64,000 nucleotides of DNA, taken from positions 18,598 through 82,597 of the forward strand of contig JABILA010000006.1 in NCBI GenBank assembly GCA_018654745.1, read 5' to 3'. The position numbers were made by a program, and so were the translations under genes. Positions 29,364 through 39,181 of the stretch are shown here, in pieces. The DNA is from Alphaproteobacteria bacterium (lineage in GTDB: Bacteria > Pseudomonadota > Alphaproteobacteria > UBA2966). Numbering within the stretch: position 1 is the stretch's first letter; every line of letters starts with the position of its first letter. The notes under the pieces were generated by a model that was not told where the DNA came from, did not search any database, and saw only the letters and a program-made list of their open reading frames with translations.

Positions 29364-31319
29364 TCAGATTACCCGGTCGTTGCCACCGTCGACAGGTAGC
29401 TGTGCGCCGGTTGTTGCGGGCAAGGTGCCATCGATAAATGCACAAACGGCAAGCGCCACATCACGTGATTTTATTTCAGCTTTCAAGAGATTCCGCGTTT
29501 TATATTCATCGATTGTCAAACCATATCGTGCCGCCGATGTTGCGAGGGCTTCCGGTGTCCAGAGCCTGGTATCAAATACGGCGTCAGGATGCACGGCATT
29601 TACTGTCACGCCTTCCGGTGCCAGTTCCAGTGCGGCAACGCGCATGAGTTGGGTAAGGCCTGCTTTTGATACGGAATAAGCTGCGGCACCACCACCTGGT
29701 GCGGCCACATTACGTGAGCCAATGACAACAATCCCCGGATTGATGCCGTGACGAAGGAAGGGCACGGCCTGCTTGATCAACTTTCGATGAGAACTGAGGT
29801 TAACAGCCAGTATGGCATCCCAGTCCTCGTCCCCGAGAGTTTCGATCTTGGCCCCGGTTCGAAATATTCCGGCGTTCGACACGACAATATCCAACCCACC
29901 ATAATTGTCGACAACATACGCCAATGCATTTGCCACAGCGGCTTCATCCGTCAGATCGAGGACAAGACCTTCGTACCCTGGTTTGGACATTGTCTCCGAT
30001 ATGGAGGGATCAATGTCGAGGCCAATGACAACAGCCCCTTTTTCAAACAGAACCTCTGCACAAGCCTGACCAATGCCTGCTGCGGCCCCACTGACGACCG
30101 CGATTTTGCCTGTTAATTCAGAAGCAGGTTTCTGGCGTTTGAGCTTCGCTTGCTCCAGTTCCCAATATTCCAGATCCCGCAAGTCCTGTTCGCCAAGCCC
30201 CTGCCAATCACCGATCTGATCTGCATAATACATGGCCTCCAGCGTTGTGTCGGCAACATCGGCGGAGACAGAGGCTCGTTTAAGATTGGGGCCAAAACTG
30301 CGGCAGCGACCATCTTCAAACAACGCCCAATGAGGAAACGGTGCCAACATGGTTAAATCAGCATCTTCTGCCCGACCAAAATAGCCGACATATTCCGAAC
30401 GGAATGCCGCCAGTCCACTTTCCGGATCGTCGCCCAGCATCGCGGGGTAAGGCTTGTTGTGAATGACATGTTCCGGGGTCAGCGTACCTTTACGCAACAA
30501 TGCACCATATCTTTGTACATTGGATCCAGGGATGGACTTTGATTTTCGTGAAATCACCGCACCGCCAGCGAGATCGCTAACCCCTTTTCGGGCTGCAGCG
30601 ACACCGACCGGATCACCTGCGTCCGTTTGGGTGAATTCAGCCCTGCCGTAATTGTTACGCAACCAGGCTTCTGCTTCATCCACAACAAGGATCATTTTTT
30701 CATAAGACCTGAAGGCGTCATCATCGAATGTGAAGACACCGTGGTTTTCCGAAATGACAGCGTCATATGCTGACAGGTCCGTGTTGGCGATGACATCACG
30801 GAACTGGATCGCCAGATCGAAGCCCGGTTTGATATAGGGCAGAACCAGAACCCGGTCGCCGTATATCTCTGCGAAACGTTCCTTGCCGCCTGGTGTATTT
30901 GAAATCGTCAGAATGGCGTCTGCATGAGAGTGATCGACAAACTTGAACGGTATCAATGCATGCACAATTGCTTCGATGGACGCCGCTGCCGCTGATGCAT
31001 CCAGACGGGCACAGAGAACTTCATTGACCATGTCAGCGTCACTGAGGCTTTCCAGGCCAGCCAGTTTCAACACACGCCGCAGGTCCAGAGCGGTAAAGCC
31101 TTCCGGCCCCATAGACGCCAGATCAAAGCCGCTGGCCTTGACCCATATGATGTCCAGTTTTTCCCCGAACCTGTCGGTGTGTGTCGATTTGACGGAGGTA
31201 TTGCCGCCACCATGCAGCACCAGCGCCGTATCAGCACCGATCAGTCGTGATGAATAGGCCCGCAAATCCAGGTCAGTTTTTGCCTGTGCTGCGTCTGTGT
31301 TGTTCCAACGGGATTGCAT
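29364..31319 (-). CDS. bifunctional class II aldolase-like / short-chain dehydrogenase (RhaD-ADH / YuxG-type)
   Basis: 651 aa. N-terminal aldolase-like domain (VLHGGGNTSVK, DHSHA) fused to a C-terminal SDR (KIAVVSGAAAGIGQA; YSVSKAGL). Confidence 0.8.
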   Translation of the reverse strand: MQSRWNNTDAAQAKTDLDLRAYSSRLIGADTALVLHGGGNTSVKSTHTDRFGEKLDIIWVKASGFDLASMGPEGFTALDLRRVLKLAGLESLSDADMVNEVLCARLDASAAAASIEAIVHALIPFKFVDHSHADAILTISNTPGGKERFAEIYGDRVLVLPYIKPGFDLAIQFRDVIANTDLSAYDAVISENHGVFTFDDDAFRSYEKMILVVDEAEAWLRNNYGRAEFTQTDAGDPVGVAAARKGVSDLAGGAVISRKSKSIPGSNVQRYGALLRKGTLTPEHVIHNKPYPAMLGDDPESGLAAFRSEYVGYFGRAEDADLTMLAPFPHWALFEDGRCRSFGPNLKRASVSADVADTTLEAMYYADQIGDWQGLGEQDLRDLEYWELEQAKLKRQKPASELTGKIAVVSGAAAGIGQACAEVLFEKGAVVIGLDIDPSISETMSKPGYEGLVLDLTDEAAVANALAYVVDNYGGLDIVVSNAGIFRTGAKIETLGDEDWDAILAVNLSSHRKLIKQAVPFLRHGINPGIVVIGSRNVAAPGGGAAAYSVSKAGLTQLMRVAALELAPEGVTVNAVHPDAVFDTRLWTPEALATSAARYGLTIDEYKTRNLLKAEIKSRDVALAVCAFIDGTLPATTGAQLPVDGGNDRVI

Positions 31320-31326
31320 TGCTGGT

Positions 31327-32556
31327 TTACGCCTTGCTGCTATCGATCAATTTGACCAACTCGTCGATACAACGCTCAACAAACACCGGATCTTCGGCAC
31401 CGGCTTCAACCTCGATCAGAGGAATATTGTTGGGCAGCATCTCCCGCACGGCCTGATGAAAGGCCGCGTCGCTTTCGGCGTCATACAAGACCCCACCTTC
31501 AACGGAATAGCTGCTGATACCTTTTGTCGGCAAAACGAAAACGGTATTTGATTTGGCATCTTTCAAACGATCACGAATTTCTTCCATCATTCGGACCAGT
31601 TCCGGACCCGTTGTTCGCGGCACGAAAATCACCGGATTATGGTAGCTATATAGACGGTCCTTATAGGCGTCAGGCACCGTATTCGGCTCGTCTAACATAA
31701 TGCCGATGTGGTCCACACCACCTGGCACAACCACCTGCGGAATACCCAGTTTGCCCGCGACCGTCAGGCGATTCTCGTCAGCTGCACGGATACCGCCAAA
31801 CAGGGCATCTGTAATGTCACCCAGGGCATAGTCAAAGACGGCGGTGATGAAGCCTTCTTTCATCAATTGTTCCATGGCCCGGCCACCGGCCCCCACAGCG
31901 TGAAAGACAATGGCTTCATATCCGCGCTCGGCGAGCAATTCAATTGCGTGCATGGACCCCTGGGTCAAAACACCAAGGTTGGTGATGCCGACCACTGGCT
32001 TACTGGCGTCAAACTCGATCTTGATCGCCGCGTCGGCCATGCCAACAATTGCCCCCGCTGCATTTGAGAGTATTTTACGGAAAAACGGGTTCAGGCCGAG
32101 AATATCACTGACAGAGAACATCATCGTGATGTCCTTGATGCCGACATAACCCGAGGTGTCACCAGAGGCCATTGTCGATAACATCAACTTGGGGAAACCA
32201 TAAGGCAACGCCTGCATGACCTGGCAGCAATTGTTCGTTCCCTGAGTGCCACCCAGGCTAATTACACCATCAACCTTGTTGGCTGTAATCAGGTCCAGCA
32301 TGGTATCCGTTGCACCCCGTACCATGACATCGGAGGCTGTTTCCCGTGAAGGATTATCCCGCAAGACGGCAAGTTCCGTACCACCCTTACTGGCGATTTC
32401 AGCATTGCTTATGTCTGCAGGTGCGGCAGCATCTCCAACGACACCAATATCGATTAACAAGGCCTTGCCACCCATGCGAACGATTTCATCCCGCAGGTAA
32501 ATGCATTCCGCACCTTTGGTATCCAGCGTCGCCAATACTGCAATTGTTTTTGACAT
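31327..32556 (-). CDS. UPF0261-family protein (Tm-1 N-terminal domain-like, putative nucleotide-binding)
   Basis: Start moved to Met 32556 (GGGAG RBS), giving 410 aa. The MSKTIAVLATLDTKGAE N-terminus and glycine-rich loops are typical of UPF0261. Confidence 0.65.
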   Translation of the reverse strand: MSKTIAVLATLDTKGAECIYLRDEIVRMGGKALLIDIGVVGDAAAPADISNAEIASKGGTELAVLRDNPSRETASDVMVRGATDTMLDLITANKVDGVISLGGTQGTNNCCQVMQALPYGFPKLMLSTMASGDTSGYVGIKDITMMFSVSDILGLNPFFRKILSNAAGAIVGMADAAIKIEFDASKPVVGITNLGVLTQGSMHAIELLAERGYEAIVFHAVGAGGRAMEQLMKEGFITAVFDYALGDITDALFGGIRAADENRLTVAGKLGIPQVVVPGGVDHIGIMLDEPNTVPDAYKDRLYSYHNPVIFVPRTTGPELVRMMEEIRDRLKDAKSNTVFVLPTKGISSYSVEGGVLYDAESDAAFHQAVREMLPNNIPLIEVEAGAEDPVFVERCIDELVKLIDSSKA

Positions 32557-32584
32557 GATATTGCTCCCTTGCTGTTCAGAGGAC

Positions 32585-33445
32585 CTATTTGGAGAATTTG
32601 AGGGCTGTAAATTCGTTGGCGGCCTCTGTGACGGCGCGCTCAATCGGCAGGCGTTCTGTAGATGACCCGGTCCAGAAACCATGCCCCGACGTGTGATCCA
32701 GCATGTACTGGGCATCATCCGGTGTTTCCATCGCCGCACCGTGGCCAACCAGGATCACATCCGGGTCGATTTTACGAACTGCTGCGTAGACATCTTCAGA
32801 TTCAGCAGCTGTGTCTTCGATGGTCGAGCCATTGTCATAACCGGTCAGGCCACCCTTGGTGGTTCCGGCGTGATAACAAAAAATGTGAGGACGCGCGCCT
32901 TCGACGATGGCGAGGCTGTCTTCTTTGGTAAAGGCCAGACCGATGGATACCATGTCCATTTCTTCACGCGCCAGTTTCAGCATCTCGATTTCATTTTGCA
33001 GGGTGACGCCCGTGCTGGTCAGGACGTTGTAGATTTCGCTGTCCTTGTCGACGTAACTAATGGAAGGGCCAATGTTGGAAACCGAATTCACACCCATATC
33101 CTTGCATTCCTGCAGAACCATCCGCATGTCTTTCAAGGGATCATTTGCATTCAGACAAGCACAAACAAAGGCCTTGCCATCGAGCGCTGGCATAATGTCT
33201 TCTCGTGTATAGGTCAGGGTTTGTTTGTTGCTGTCCAGGATCGGCCACATCATCGACATTGTGCCCATGCCGTTTGCACGCAACCGCGCACCTGAAAAAG
33301 TATTGATGCAATCTGTTCCCGCGCGCTCCAGCAATTTGGCCACCAAACCGCTACCGGCACTGGAAATCATAATCGGCTCGTGACGATCAACCTTGCCTTT
33401 CAGGTTGGCAAGAATTTGTTCTGTCGAAATACGCTTGGTAATCAT
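32585..33445 (-). CDS. phosphoenolpyruvate-hydrolase-like TIM-barrel protein (Tm-1 C-terminal domain-like)
   Basis: 286 aa. Immediately upstream of the UPF0261 gene, the classic split version of the Tm-1 two-domain architecture. Confidence 0.6.
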   Translation of the reverse strand: MITKRISTEQILANLKGKVDRHEPIMISSAGSGLVAKLLERAGTDCINTFSGARLRANGMGTMSMMWPILDSNKQTLTYTREDIMPALDGKAFVCACLNANDPLKDMRMVLQECKDMGVNSVSNIGPSISYVDKDSEIYNVLTSTGVTLQNEIEMLKLAREEMDMVSIGLAFTKEDSLAIVEGARPHIFCYHAGTTKGGLTGYDNGSTIEDTAAESEDVYAAVRKIDPDVILVGHGAAMETPDDAQYMLDHTSGHGFWTGSSTERLPIERAVTEAANEFTALKFSK

Positions 33446-33460
33446 GGGTCTTCTCCTGAG

Positions 33461-34312
33461 TTAAGAATGAACCGAAGCGTCCGCCGACAGGCGATGCACT
33501 TCCAGAAACTGTTTGATATTTTGGGTGACCGCCGATTTGTGCGCTTCGGGCTCAAGATACTTTGGCGGGGCGTGAAAATAGGTGGCATTGGCCAGGGCAC
33601 CGCAAATCTCACGGGCGATCATGGCCGGATGCAACGGGTCGGCGTTGTTGCCAACCACAAGTGCCGGTACCGCGATGGTTTGCAAAACACCCAGACGCGA
33701 AACGGGCCGGTCGGCAACAAGGGTTGGCAAAACCATTGCTGCCGCCTCTGCCTGAGGTCGCTCCATCGCGCCCACCAAAGAAGAAGCACAGGATGGATTA
33801 TCGATTTCAGCAGACATATATACCGGATGGGATCGGAGTTTTTCGCGGGCAACGTCTGGACCTGATTGTGCGATCCAGTTGCCAATGTCCTCAATGACAC
33901 CAAGGTGGGGCCGACCAGGTTGATCCAGCCACGCCGGACGCACAAGAAACATGGCTTGAACCAGGTCAGGCCGCATGAGTGCGAGAGCCAGGGCAATCCC
34001 GGAGCCCATGGATATGCCCCCGGCAATGACTTTTTCGATACCAAGGTGATCCAGCAAAGCGGCGGCGATATCGGTGTAGACTTCAAAGCCCACCTGTTCG
34101 GACAAGGGCCGCGATGCAGACAATTCGCTGTCGCCGTGCCCGGGCATATCTACCGAAATCAACCGATACCCTTCCAGGGCATCCAGTGCAGCTGATGCCT
34201 GGCGGCGGTCGGCTGTCAGGCCATGCATAAACAGCACGTCAGGGCCATGACCAGTTACGTCATAGTTCACATCACTTTCGTTGTACCTGAAACTGGCCAC
34301 AAATTCCCCCAA
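33461..34312 (-). CDS. alpha/beta-fold hydrolase
   Basis: HGLTADRR... and nucleophile elbow GISMGSG. 283 aa. First gene of the seven-gene operon. Confidence 0.75.
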   Translation of the reverse strand: MGEFVASFRYNESDVNYDVTGHGPDVLFMHGLTADRRQASAALDALEGYRLISVDMPGHGDSELSASRPLSEQVGFEVYTDIAAALLDHLGIEKVIAGGISMGSGIALALALMRPDLVQAMFLVRPAWLDQPGRPHLGVIEDIGNWIAQSGPDVAREKLRSHPVYMSAEIDNPSCASSLVGAMERPQAEAAAMVLPTLVADRPVSRLGVLQTIAVPALVVGNNADPLHPAMIAREICGALANATYFHAPPKYLEPEAHKSAVTQNIKQFLEVHRLSADASVHS

Positions 34313-34433
34313 GGATGGTTTCCCAGAGTCCGGAGTTTAGGGGTAAACGATGTTTCAGGATTTTACGTGTCGCGGGAGTTTTATAACTATTCGCTCATTA
34401 CCGCCAAAATTTGAGCCTTGATTATGTCGATGA

Positions 34434-35141
34434 TCACTTTTGGCCCCAGGTTGCCCGATACCTTTTTGGCGATTGCTCAAAAAAACGACTGAACTGTCGG
34501 GTGAAGTAGCTCTGGTCGTTAAACCCGCAAGCAAGTGCAATTGTCACAATCGGCTCGTCCGTCGAAATCAACATTTTCGATGCGGCCTGCAAGCGAGTGC
34601 GCAAAACAAATTCCTGGGGGGATAGTCGAAATTGTGCCCGGAAGCGTTTTCTGAAATGACTATCCGACAGGCAGGCGATTTGCGCCAGTTCCCGAACATC
34701 AATCCTGTCGGCGACATGATCCTGAATATGATCAATAACGTCGCGGAATTGTTGATATTCATCTGGCAATTGTTCCGACCGTGAAAGCACGCGCGTGGTG
34801 CCCATCAATCCGGCAACATTCCCTTCCACCCCCGTCAATGGCAGTTTGTTGGTCGAAACCCAGATCAGGTGCCCGGTCTCGTCGACGATCAATTCGGTTC
34901 GATTGATGATACGGCGGTTGTTGTCGATGACGTTGCGGTCATCCTGATAAATCATCTCGGCGATACGGGGAGGATAGAAATCACCATCGGTCGCACCGTA
35001 GACTTCAGCCTGGTTGCGAAAATTCAACAGCCTTAAACAGGCCGTGTTACACATCACCCAACGGCAATTGCTGTCCTTGATATAGAAATAGATGTCGGGC
35101 AGCAGATCGAACATTTCTTCGACGTTGCCGCGATCGCGCAA
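34434..35141 (-). CDS. AraC-family transcriptional regulator with N-terminal PAS-like sensor
   Basis: C-terminal AraC HTH pair (LAQIACLSDSHFRKRFRAQF...GFNDQSYFTRQF) plus an N-terminal PAS-like region. Confidence 0.75.
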   Translation of the reverse strand: MRDRGNVEEMFDLLPDIYFYIKDSNCRWVMCNTACLRLLNFRNQAEVYGATDGDFYPPRIAEMIYQDDRNVIDNNRRIINRTELIVDETGHLIWVSTNKLPLTGVEGNVAGLMGTTRVLSRSEQLPDEYQQFRDVIDHIQDHVADRIDVRELAQIACLSDSHFRKRFRAQFRLSPQEFVLRTRLQAASKMLISTDEPIVTIALACGFNDQSYFTRQFSRFFEQSPKRYRATWGQK

Positions 35142-35342
35142 TCCGGACAGGAATCTGGTGACAAATTTTTCCAGGACAGAACCTTTTTGGAATGATTTGT
35201 TTATCTGGTCCGCAGTCTATCAGCGCAGCGAGCCGATGCAAAAGTCGATTGTAAGATATCATCACCCCACGGTTACATGTTATCTTCGGAACGTATCCAC
35301 AACAGCAATCGCCCCTAATTCACAACGGACTCCCGACAAGCG

Positions 35343-36410
35343 ATGAACGACCCGACAATCCGCCAGCGAAAACTGGATCATGTTGATCTGGCCATGAACG
35401 ACGCCGCGGTTTCTGGCGTTGATGCAGGCTGGTCTGATGTCACCCTGGTGCCGGTTGCCCTGCCCAATCTAAATCCAGGTGATGTGGATCCTGGTTGCAC
35501 CTTTCTGGGCAAATCACTGGGGGCACCTGTATTCATCGCCGGTATGACGGGCGGACATCCTGATCTTGAAAAAGTTAATCTGGCCCTGGCGATAGCGGCA
35601 CAGGATCATGGCGTTGCCATGGGCGTGGGAAGCCAACGCGCTGCACTTGTCGATGAAGAGCTGGTTCAATCCTTCGCTGTCGTCCGACAACAGGCCGCTG
35701 ATGTCTTTATTTGTGGGAACATTGGAATTTCACAAATTCTGGATGGTCAGGCAGGCAAGGATGTTCTGAACAAACTGGTTGATATGATCCGGGCTGATGC
35801 CCTTGCCGTACATATCAATGTCTTGCAGGAACTTGTGCAGCCGGAAGGAGAGATCAATCTCGGAAAGGCCTATGAAGGACTTGCAGAAATGGTTGCAACT
35901 TCGCCGGTTCCGGTGGTTGTCAAGGAAACGGGATGTGGCATCGACCGGGAAACGGCGAGCCGCTTGGCGGAAACAGGAATTGCTGCACTTGATGTCGGGG
36001 GCATGGGTGGCACCAGTTTCACGGCTATCGAAGGATTACGCGCCAGCTCGGCACAGGATCATGAGGGCGCGCGACGGGCCAGGACATTTGCCATCTGGGG
36101 CATTCCAACAGCTTGCAGCGTCCTCGAAGTCGCCAATGTCGGACTGCCTGTAATTGCCACGGGCGGCATCTCGGATGGCCTGCAGGCGGCGAAAGCATTA
36201 TCGCTCGGCGCTCAGCTCGCCGGTATAGGTCGAAAAATGCTGACTGCCGCCATCCAGGGCCCGGAGCAGGCAAGTGCTGAACTCGGTCGTATCATTGAGG
36301 AAATCAGAATTAGCCTGGCCCTTTCCGACTGCCGCAATTTGGATGAATTCAATTCCCGGACACCCGTCTTAACCGGCACCGTTGCACAATGGGATGCTCG
36401 CGCAAAATAA
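35343..36410 (+). CDS. fni: type 2 isopentenyl-diphosphate delta-isomerase (FMN-dependent, IDI-2/Fni)
   Basis: RKLDHV N-terminal motif, AGMTGG, VGSQ, VHINVLQELVQPEG, VVVKETGCG, DVGGMGGT, ATGGI. Collinear with the IDI-2 signature blocks. Confidence 0.8.
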   Translation: MNDPTIRQRKLDHVDLAMNDAAVSGVDAGWSDVTLVPVALPNLNPGDVDPGCTFLGKSLGAPVFIAGMTGGHPDLEKVNLALAIAAQDHGVAMGVGSQRAALVDEELVQSFAVVRQQAADVFICGNIGISQILDGQAGKDVLNKLVDMIRADALAVHINVLQELVQPEGEINLGKAYEGLAEMVATSPVPVVVKETGCGIDRETASRLAETGIAALDVGGMGGTSFTAIEGLRASSAQDHEGARRARTFAIWGIPTACSVLEVANVGLPVIATGGISDGLQAAKALSLGAQLAGIGRKMLTAAIQGPEQASAELGRIIEEIRISLALSDCRNLDEFNSRTPVLTGTVAQWDARAK

Positions 36411-36569
36411 CTTCTGCTGGCTGACATGGCTGAGAGGTTATTAAAATGATCTGGATCACAACCGGATTGAGGTAAACCGGCCATACGAGCAGCAAATCTT
36501 CACTTATGGACAAGAGAACCCGCCAATCTGATTGACTGATCAGTGGTTTCCGTCCTAAATATCCGCCAG

Positions 36570-36710
36570 CTTGAAGGTACCGTTTCCGAAGACATTGTCG
36601 CTCGGGGACGGATTAAACGGGAAGACAGGTTTTAATCCTGCACTGCCCACGCAACGGTGAACCTCCTGATCGGGGCAAGTCCGGAACCGGCCTCTGAGTG
36701 AAGACCTTTT
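36570..36710 (+). promoter_or_regulatory. cobalamin (AdoCbl) riboswitch aptamer upstream of cobU-cobT-cobS
   Basis: Contains ...AACGGGAAGACAGGTTTTAATCCTGCACTGCCCACGCAACGGTGAACC... (B12 box GCACTGCCCACGCAACGGTGA) followed by the AAGTCCGGAACCGGCC element. Confidence 0.75.
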
Positions 36711-36819
36711 TGATCGCGCGATGGGTGCGAACGGGGGATCACGCAGCCAGGGTTTTTCCACATCAGGTAAAATATCTGCTTCGTCATCTTGCCGCGTTCC
36801 CGGATGACAGACGCCCTGG

Positions 36820-37401
36820 ATGAGCAACGTGATGAACGCTTCGGCAAACAATGAACTGACTTTTATTTTCGGCGGCGCCCGTTCGGGCAAAAGCCGCTTT
36901 GCTGAATCGTTTGCGCTGTCACAGGCATCCGAAAAGAACCTTGAACCCATTTATGTGGCGACGGGTGAAATTCGGGATGAAGAAATGCGTCAGCGCATTG
37001 AGCATCATCAAAAAAGTCGCGACCCCCGCTGGCAAACACTTGAAGAACCCTTGCGATTGAGCGAATTGATCCTTCGTGAGAGTACGACGGAAAGAGTGTT
37101 GTTGATCGACTGTCTGACGCTTTGGCTGAGTAATCAGCAGGAACAACAGGCAAATATATCAACCGAAACGCTGTCCCTTTGTCAGGCCCTTCAACAGGCC
37201 AAAGGTCCCATCGTCCTGGTAAGCAACGAAGTTGGCCTGGGGATCGTCCCGGCCAACGAACTCGCGCGCCACTTCCGTGATGAGGCTGGTCGCCTGAACC
37301 AGGCAATCGCCGCTGTTTGTCAAAATGTCTATCTCGTCGCCGCGGGATTGACCCTCCCCCTCAAAACCAACAATGTCCCTTTGGGACCGGAGATCCCCTG
37401 A
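36820..37401 (+). CDS. cobU: adenosylcobinamide kinase / adenosylcobinamide-phosphate guanylyltransferase
   Basis: P-loop FIFGGARSGKS and the CobU/CobP fold. Alternative start at 36832. Confidence 0.85.
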   Translation: MSNVMNASANNELTFIFGGARSGKSRFAESFALSQASEKNLEPIYVATGEIRDEEMRQRIEHHQKSRDPRWQTLEEPLRLSELILRESTTERVLLIDCLTLWLSNQQEQQANISTETLSLCQALQQAKGPIVLVSNEVGLGIVPANELARHFRDEAGRLNQAIAAVCQNVYLVAAGLTLPLKTNNVPLGPEIP

Positions 37402-38424
37402 ATGTCAAAACTTTCTTTTATTTCTGCTGCAGATCTGGCCGCCGCCCTTGCTTCCATGCCCGAAGCAGATGATGCCGCAGCTTCACTGGCCCGCGCGCGC
37501 CAGGAACAACTGACCAAACCCGTCGGCTCGCTGGGCCGCCTGGAAGAACTCGCCATCTGGATGGCATCGTGGCAAGGACAGGAAAAGCCGCAACTGGAAA
37601 ACCCGGCCTGTCTGGTATTTGCCGGCAACCATGGTGTCGCCGCGCGCGGTGTTTCTGCTTATCCCCCGGAAGTGACCTTTCAAATGGTCATGAATTTCGA
37701 AGCCGGTGGTGCCGCCATCAACCAGTTGACCAATCTTGCTGATGCAACCTTGAAAGTGACAGCCCTGGATCTGGATACCCCGACCCAGGACTTCACCCAA
37801 ACCGCCGCCATGACTGAGGCCGAATGCTGTGCCGCATTGCAGGCAGGCGCCGACGCTGTGCCTGACAATGCAGACATGGTTCTGGTCGGTGAAATGGGTA
37901 TCGGCAATACCACGGCCGCAGCAGCCGTTTGCAACGCTGTTTTTGGTGGCGCTGCCACCGACTGGATTGGCCCTGGAACCGGTGTCGACGACAAAGGTAT
38001 GGCAATCAAAAAAGAAACTGTTACAACGGCCATTGCCTTGCACGGTGACAATCAAACCAGTGCCTTTGAATGTCTGCGCACAGTCGGTGGACGTGAACTG
38101 GCGGCTATTGCTGGTGCCGTCATCGAGGCACGCCATCGTGGTATTCCGGTTCTTTTGGATGGCTATATTTCAACGGCAGCGGCTTCGGCATTGACCCGCG
38201 ATAACCCTGCCGCCCTGGATCATGCAATTATTTCCCACGTGTCCATGGAACCCGGCCACAAGCGACTGGCTGAAAAACTCAATCAACGCCCTGTACTGGA
38301 TCTGGATTTGCGTCTTGGTGAAGCCAGTGGTGCAGCAATTGCCCTGCTGATCGTCCGGGCGGCACTTGCAACGCACAATGGCATGGCCACATTCGGGGAA
38401 GCCGGTGTCAGTACGGCATCATAA
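37402..38424 (+). CDS. cobT: nicotinate-nucleotide--dimethylbenzimidazole phosphoribosyltransferase
   Basis: 340 aa. PVGSLGRLEELAIW and GEMGIGNTT motifs of CobT. Confidence 0.9.
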   Translation: MSKLSFISAADLAAALASMPEADDAAASLARARQEQLTKPVGSLGRLEELAIWMASWQGQEKPQLENPACLVFAGNHGVAARGVSAYPPEVTFQMVMNFEAGGAAINQLTNLADATLKVTALDLDTPTQDFTQTAAMTEAECCAALQAGADAVPDNADMVLVGEMGIGNTTAAAAVCNAVFGGAATDWIGPGTGVDDKGMAIKKETVTTAIALHGDNQTSAFECLRTVGGRELAAIAGAVIEARHRGIPVLLDGYISTAAASALTRDNPAALDHAIISHVSMEPGHKRLAEKLNQRPVLDLDLRLGEASGAAIALLIVRAALATHNGMATFGEAGVSTAS

Positions 38425-39181
38425 CCACCTCCAGGATTTGGCAGCAGCCTTTGTCCTGCTGACCAGAATTCCGCTGCGCTGGGATCGGTTCTCCGATGGC
38501 TCACCCGATTTCAACCGGGCCGTCTGGGCTTTCCCTGTCGTCGGCGCGTTCGTCGCTATTGTAGCAGCGGTGACATTTGCCATGGCGACCAGCTTCGGGC
38601 TTCCCGGGCTGGTCGCTGGCGCATTGGCAATCGTGGCAATGGTTTTGTTAACAGGGGCCTTTCATGAAGATGGGCTCGCCGATGTTGCAGATGGTTTCGG
38701 TGGCGGTAAATCCTTGCCCCGGAAACTGGAGATCATGCGTGACAGCCGCGTCGGTGCTTATGGCGTCATCGCCATCGTCCTGGCCATGATCTTGCGCGTT
38801 AGCGGCTTGTCCGTGCTTGCGGCTGGCGATGCTGCCTCTGCCTTGATCGTCTCGGCCATGCTGTCGCGCCTGATGATGGTTTATATCATGCGCTATATGC
38901 CCCCGGCCCGTAAGGATGGCCTGGCACATGATACCGGCAAACCGGAAATGCCACAGTTGCTGACAGGCACAGTTCTGACATTTGTTGTCTGTCTTTTTCT
39001 GCTGGGGCCATCGACAACGGTTGCCTGCTTCATTGTCGCTTTCGTCGCCTGTGTTGCGATCGGCGGTTTGGCAATGCACCAGATCAACGGTTTTTCCGGC
39101 GATGTCCTGGGAGCATCCCAACAGATAACAGAGATCGCCGTACTGTTGTTCCTCGTTGGAAGCTGGGGAGCCGCTGCATGA
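38366..39181 (+). CDS. cobS: adenosylcobinamide-GDP ribazoletransferase (cobalamin synthase)
   Basis: Integral membrane protein. LTRIPLRW N-terminal motif, HEDGLAD, DSRVGAYG. True start uncertain (overlaps the cobT 3' end). Confidence 0.8.
   Translation: MQRTMAWPHSGKPVSVRHHNHLQDLAAAFVLLTRIPLRWDRFSDGSPDFNRAVWAFPVVGAFVAIVAAVTFAMATSFGLPGLVAGALAIVAMVLLTGAFHEDGLADVADGFGGGKSLPRKLEIMRDSRVGAYGVIAIVLAMILRVSGLSVLAAGDAASALIVSAMLSRLMMVYIMRYMPPARKDGLAHDTGKPEMPQLLTGTVLTFVVCLFLLGPSTTVACFIVAFVACVAIGGLAMHQINGFSGDVLGASQQITEIAVLLFLVGSWGAAA

Noticed and set aside
32557-32748. N-terminal 64-aa extension of the UPF0261 ORF
   Set aside because: It overlaps the upstream TIM-barrel gene. Met 32556 has a GGGAG RBS and begins the conserved MSKTIAVLATLDTKG N-terminus.
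37483-38136. 217-aa minus-strand ORF
   Set aside because: Antisense to cobT, which has unambiguous family motifs.
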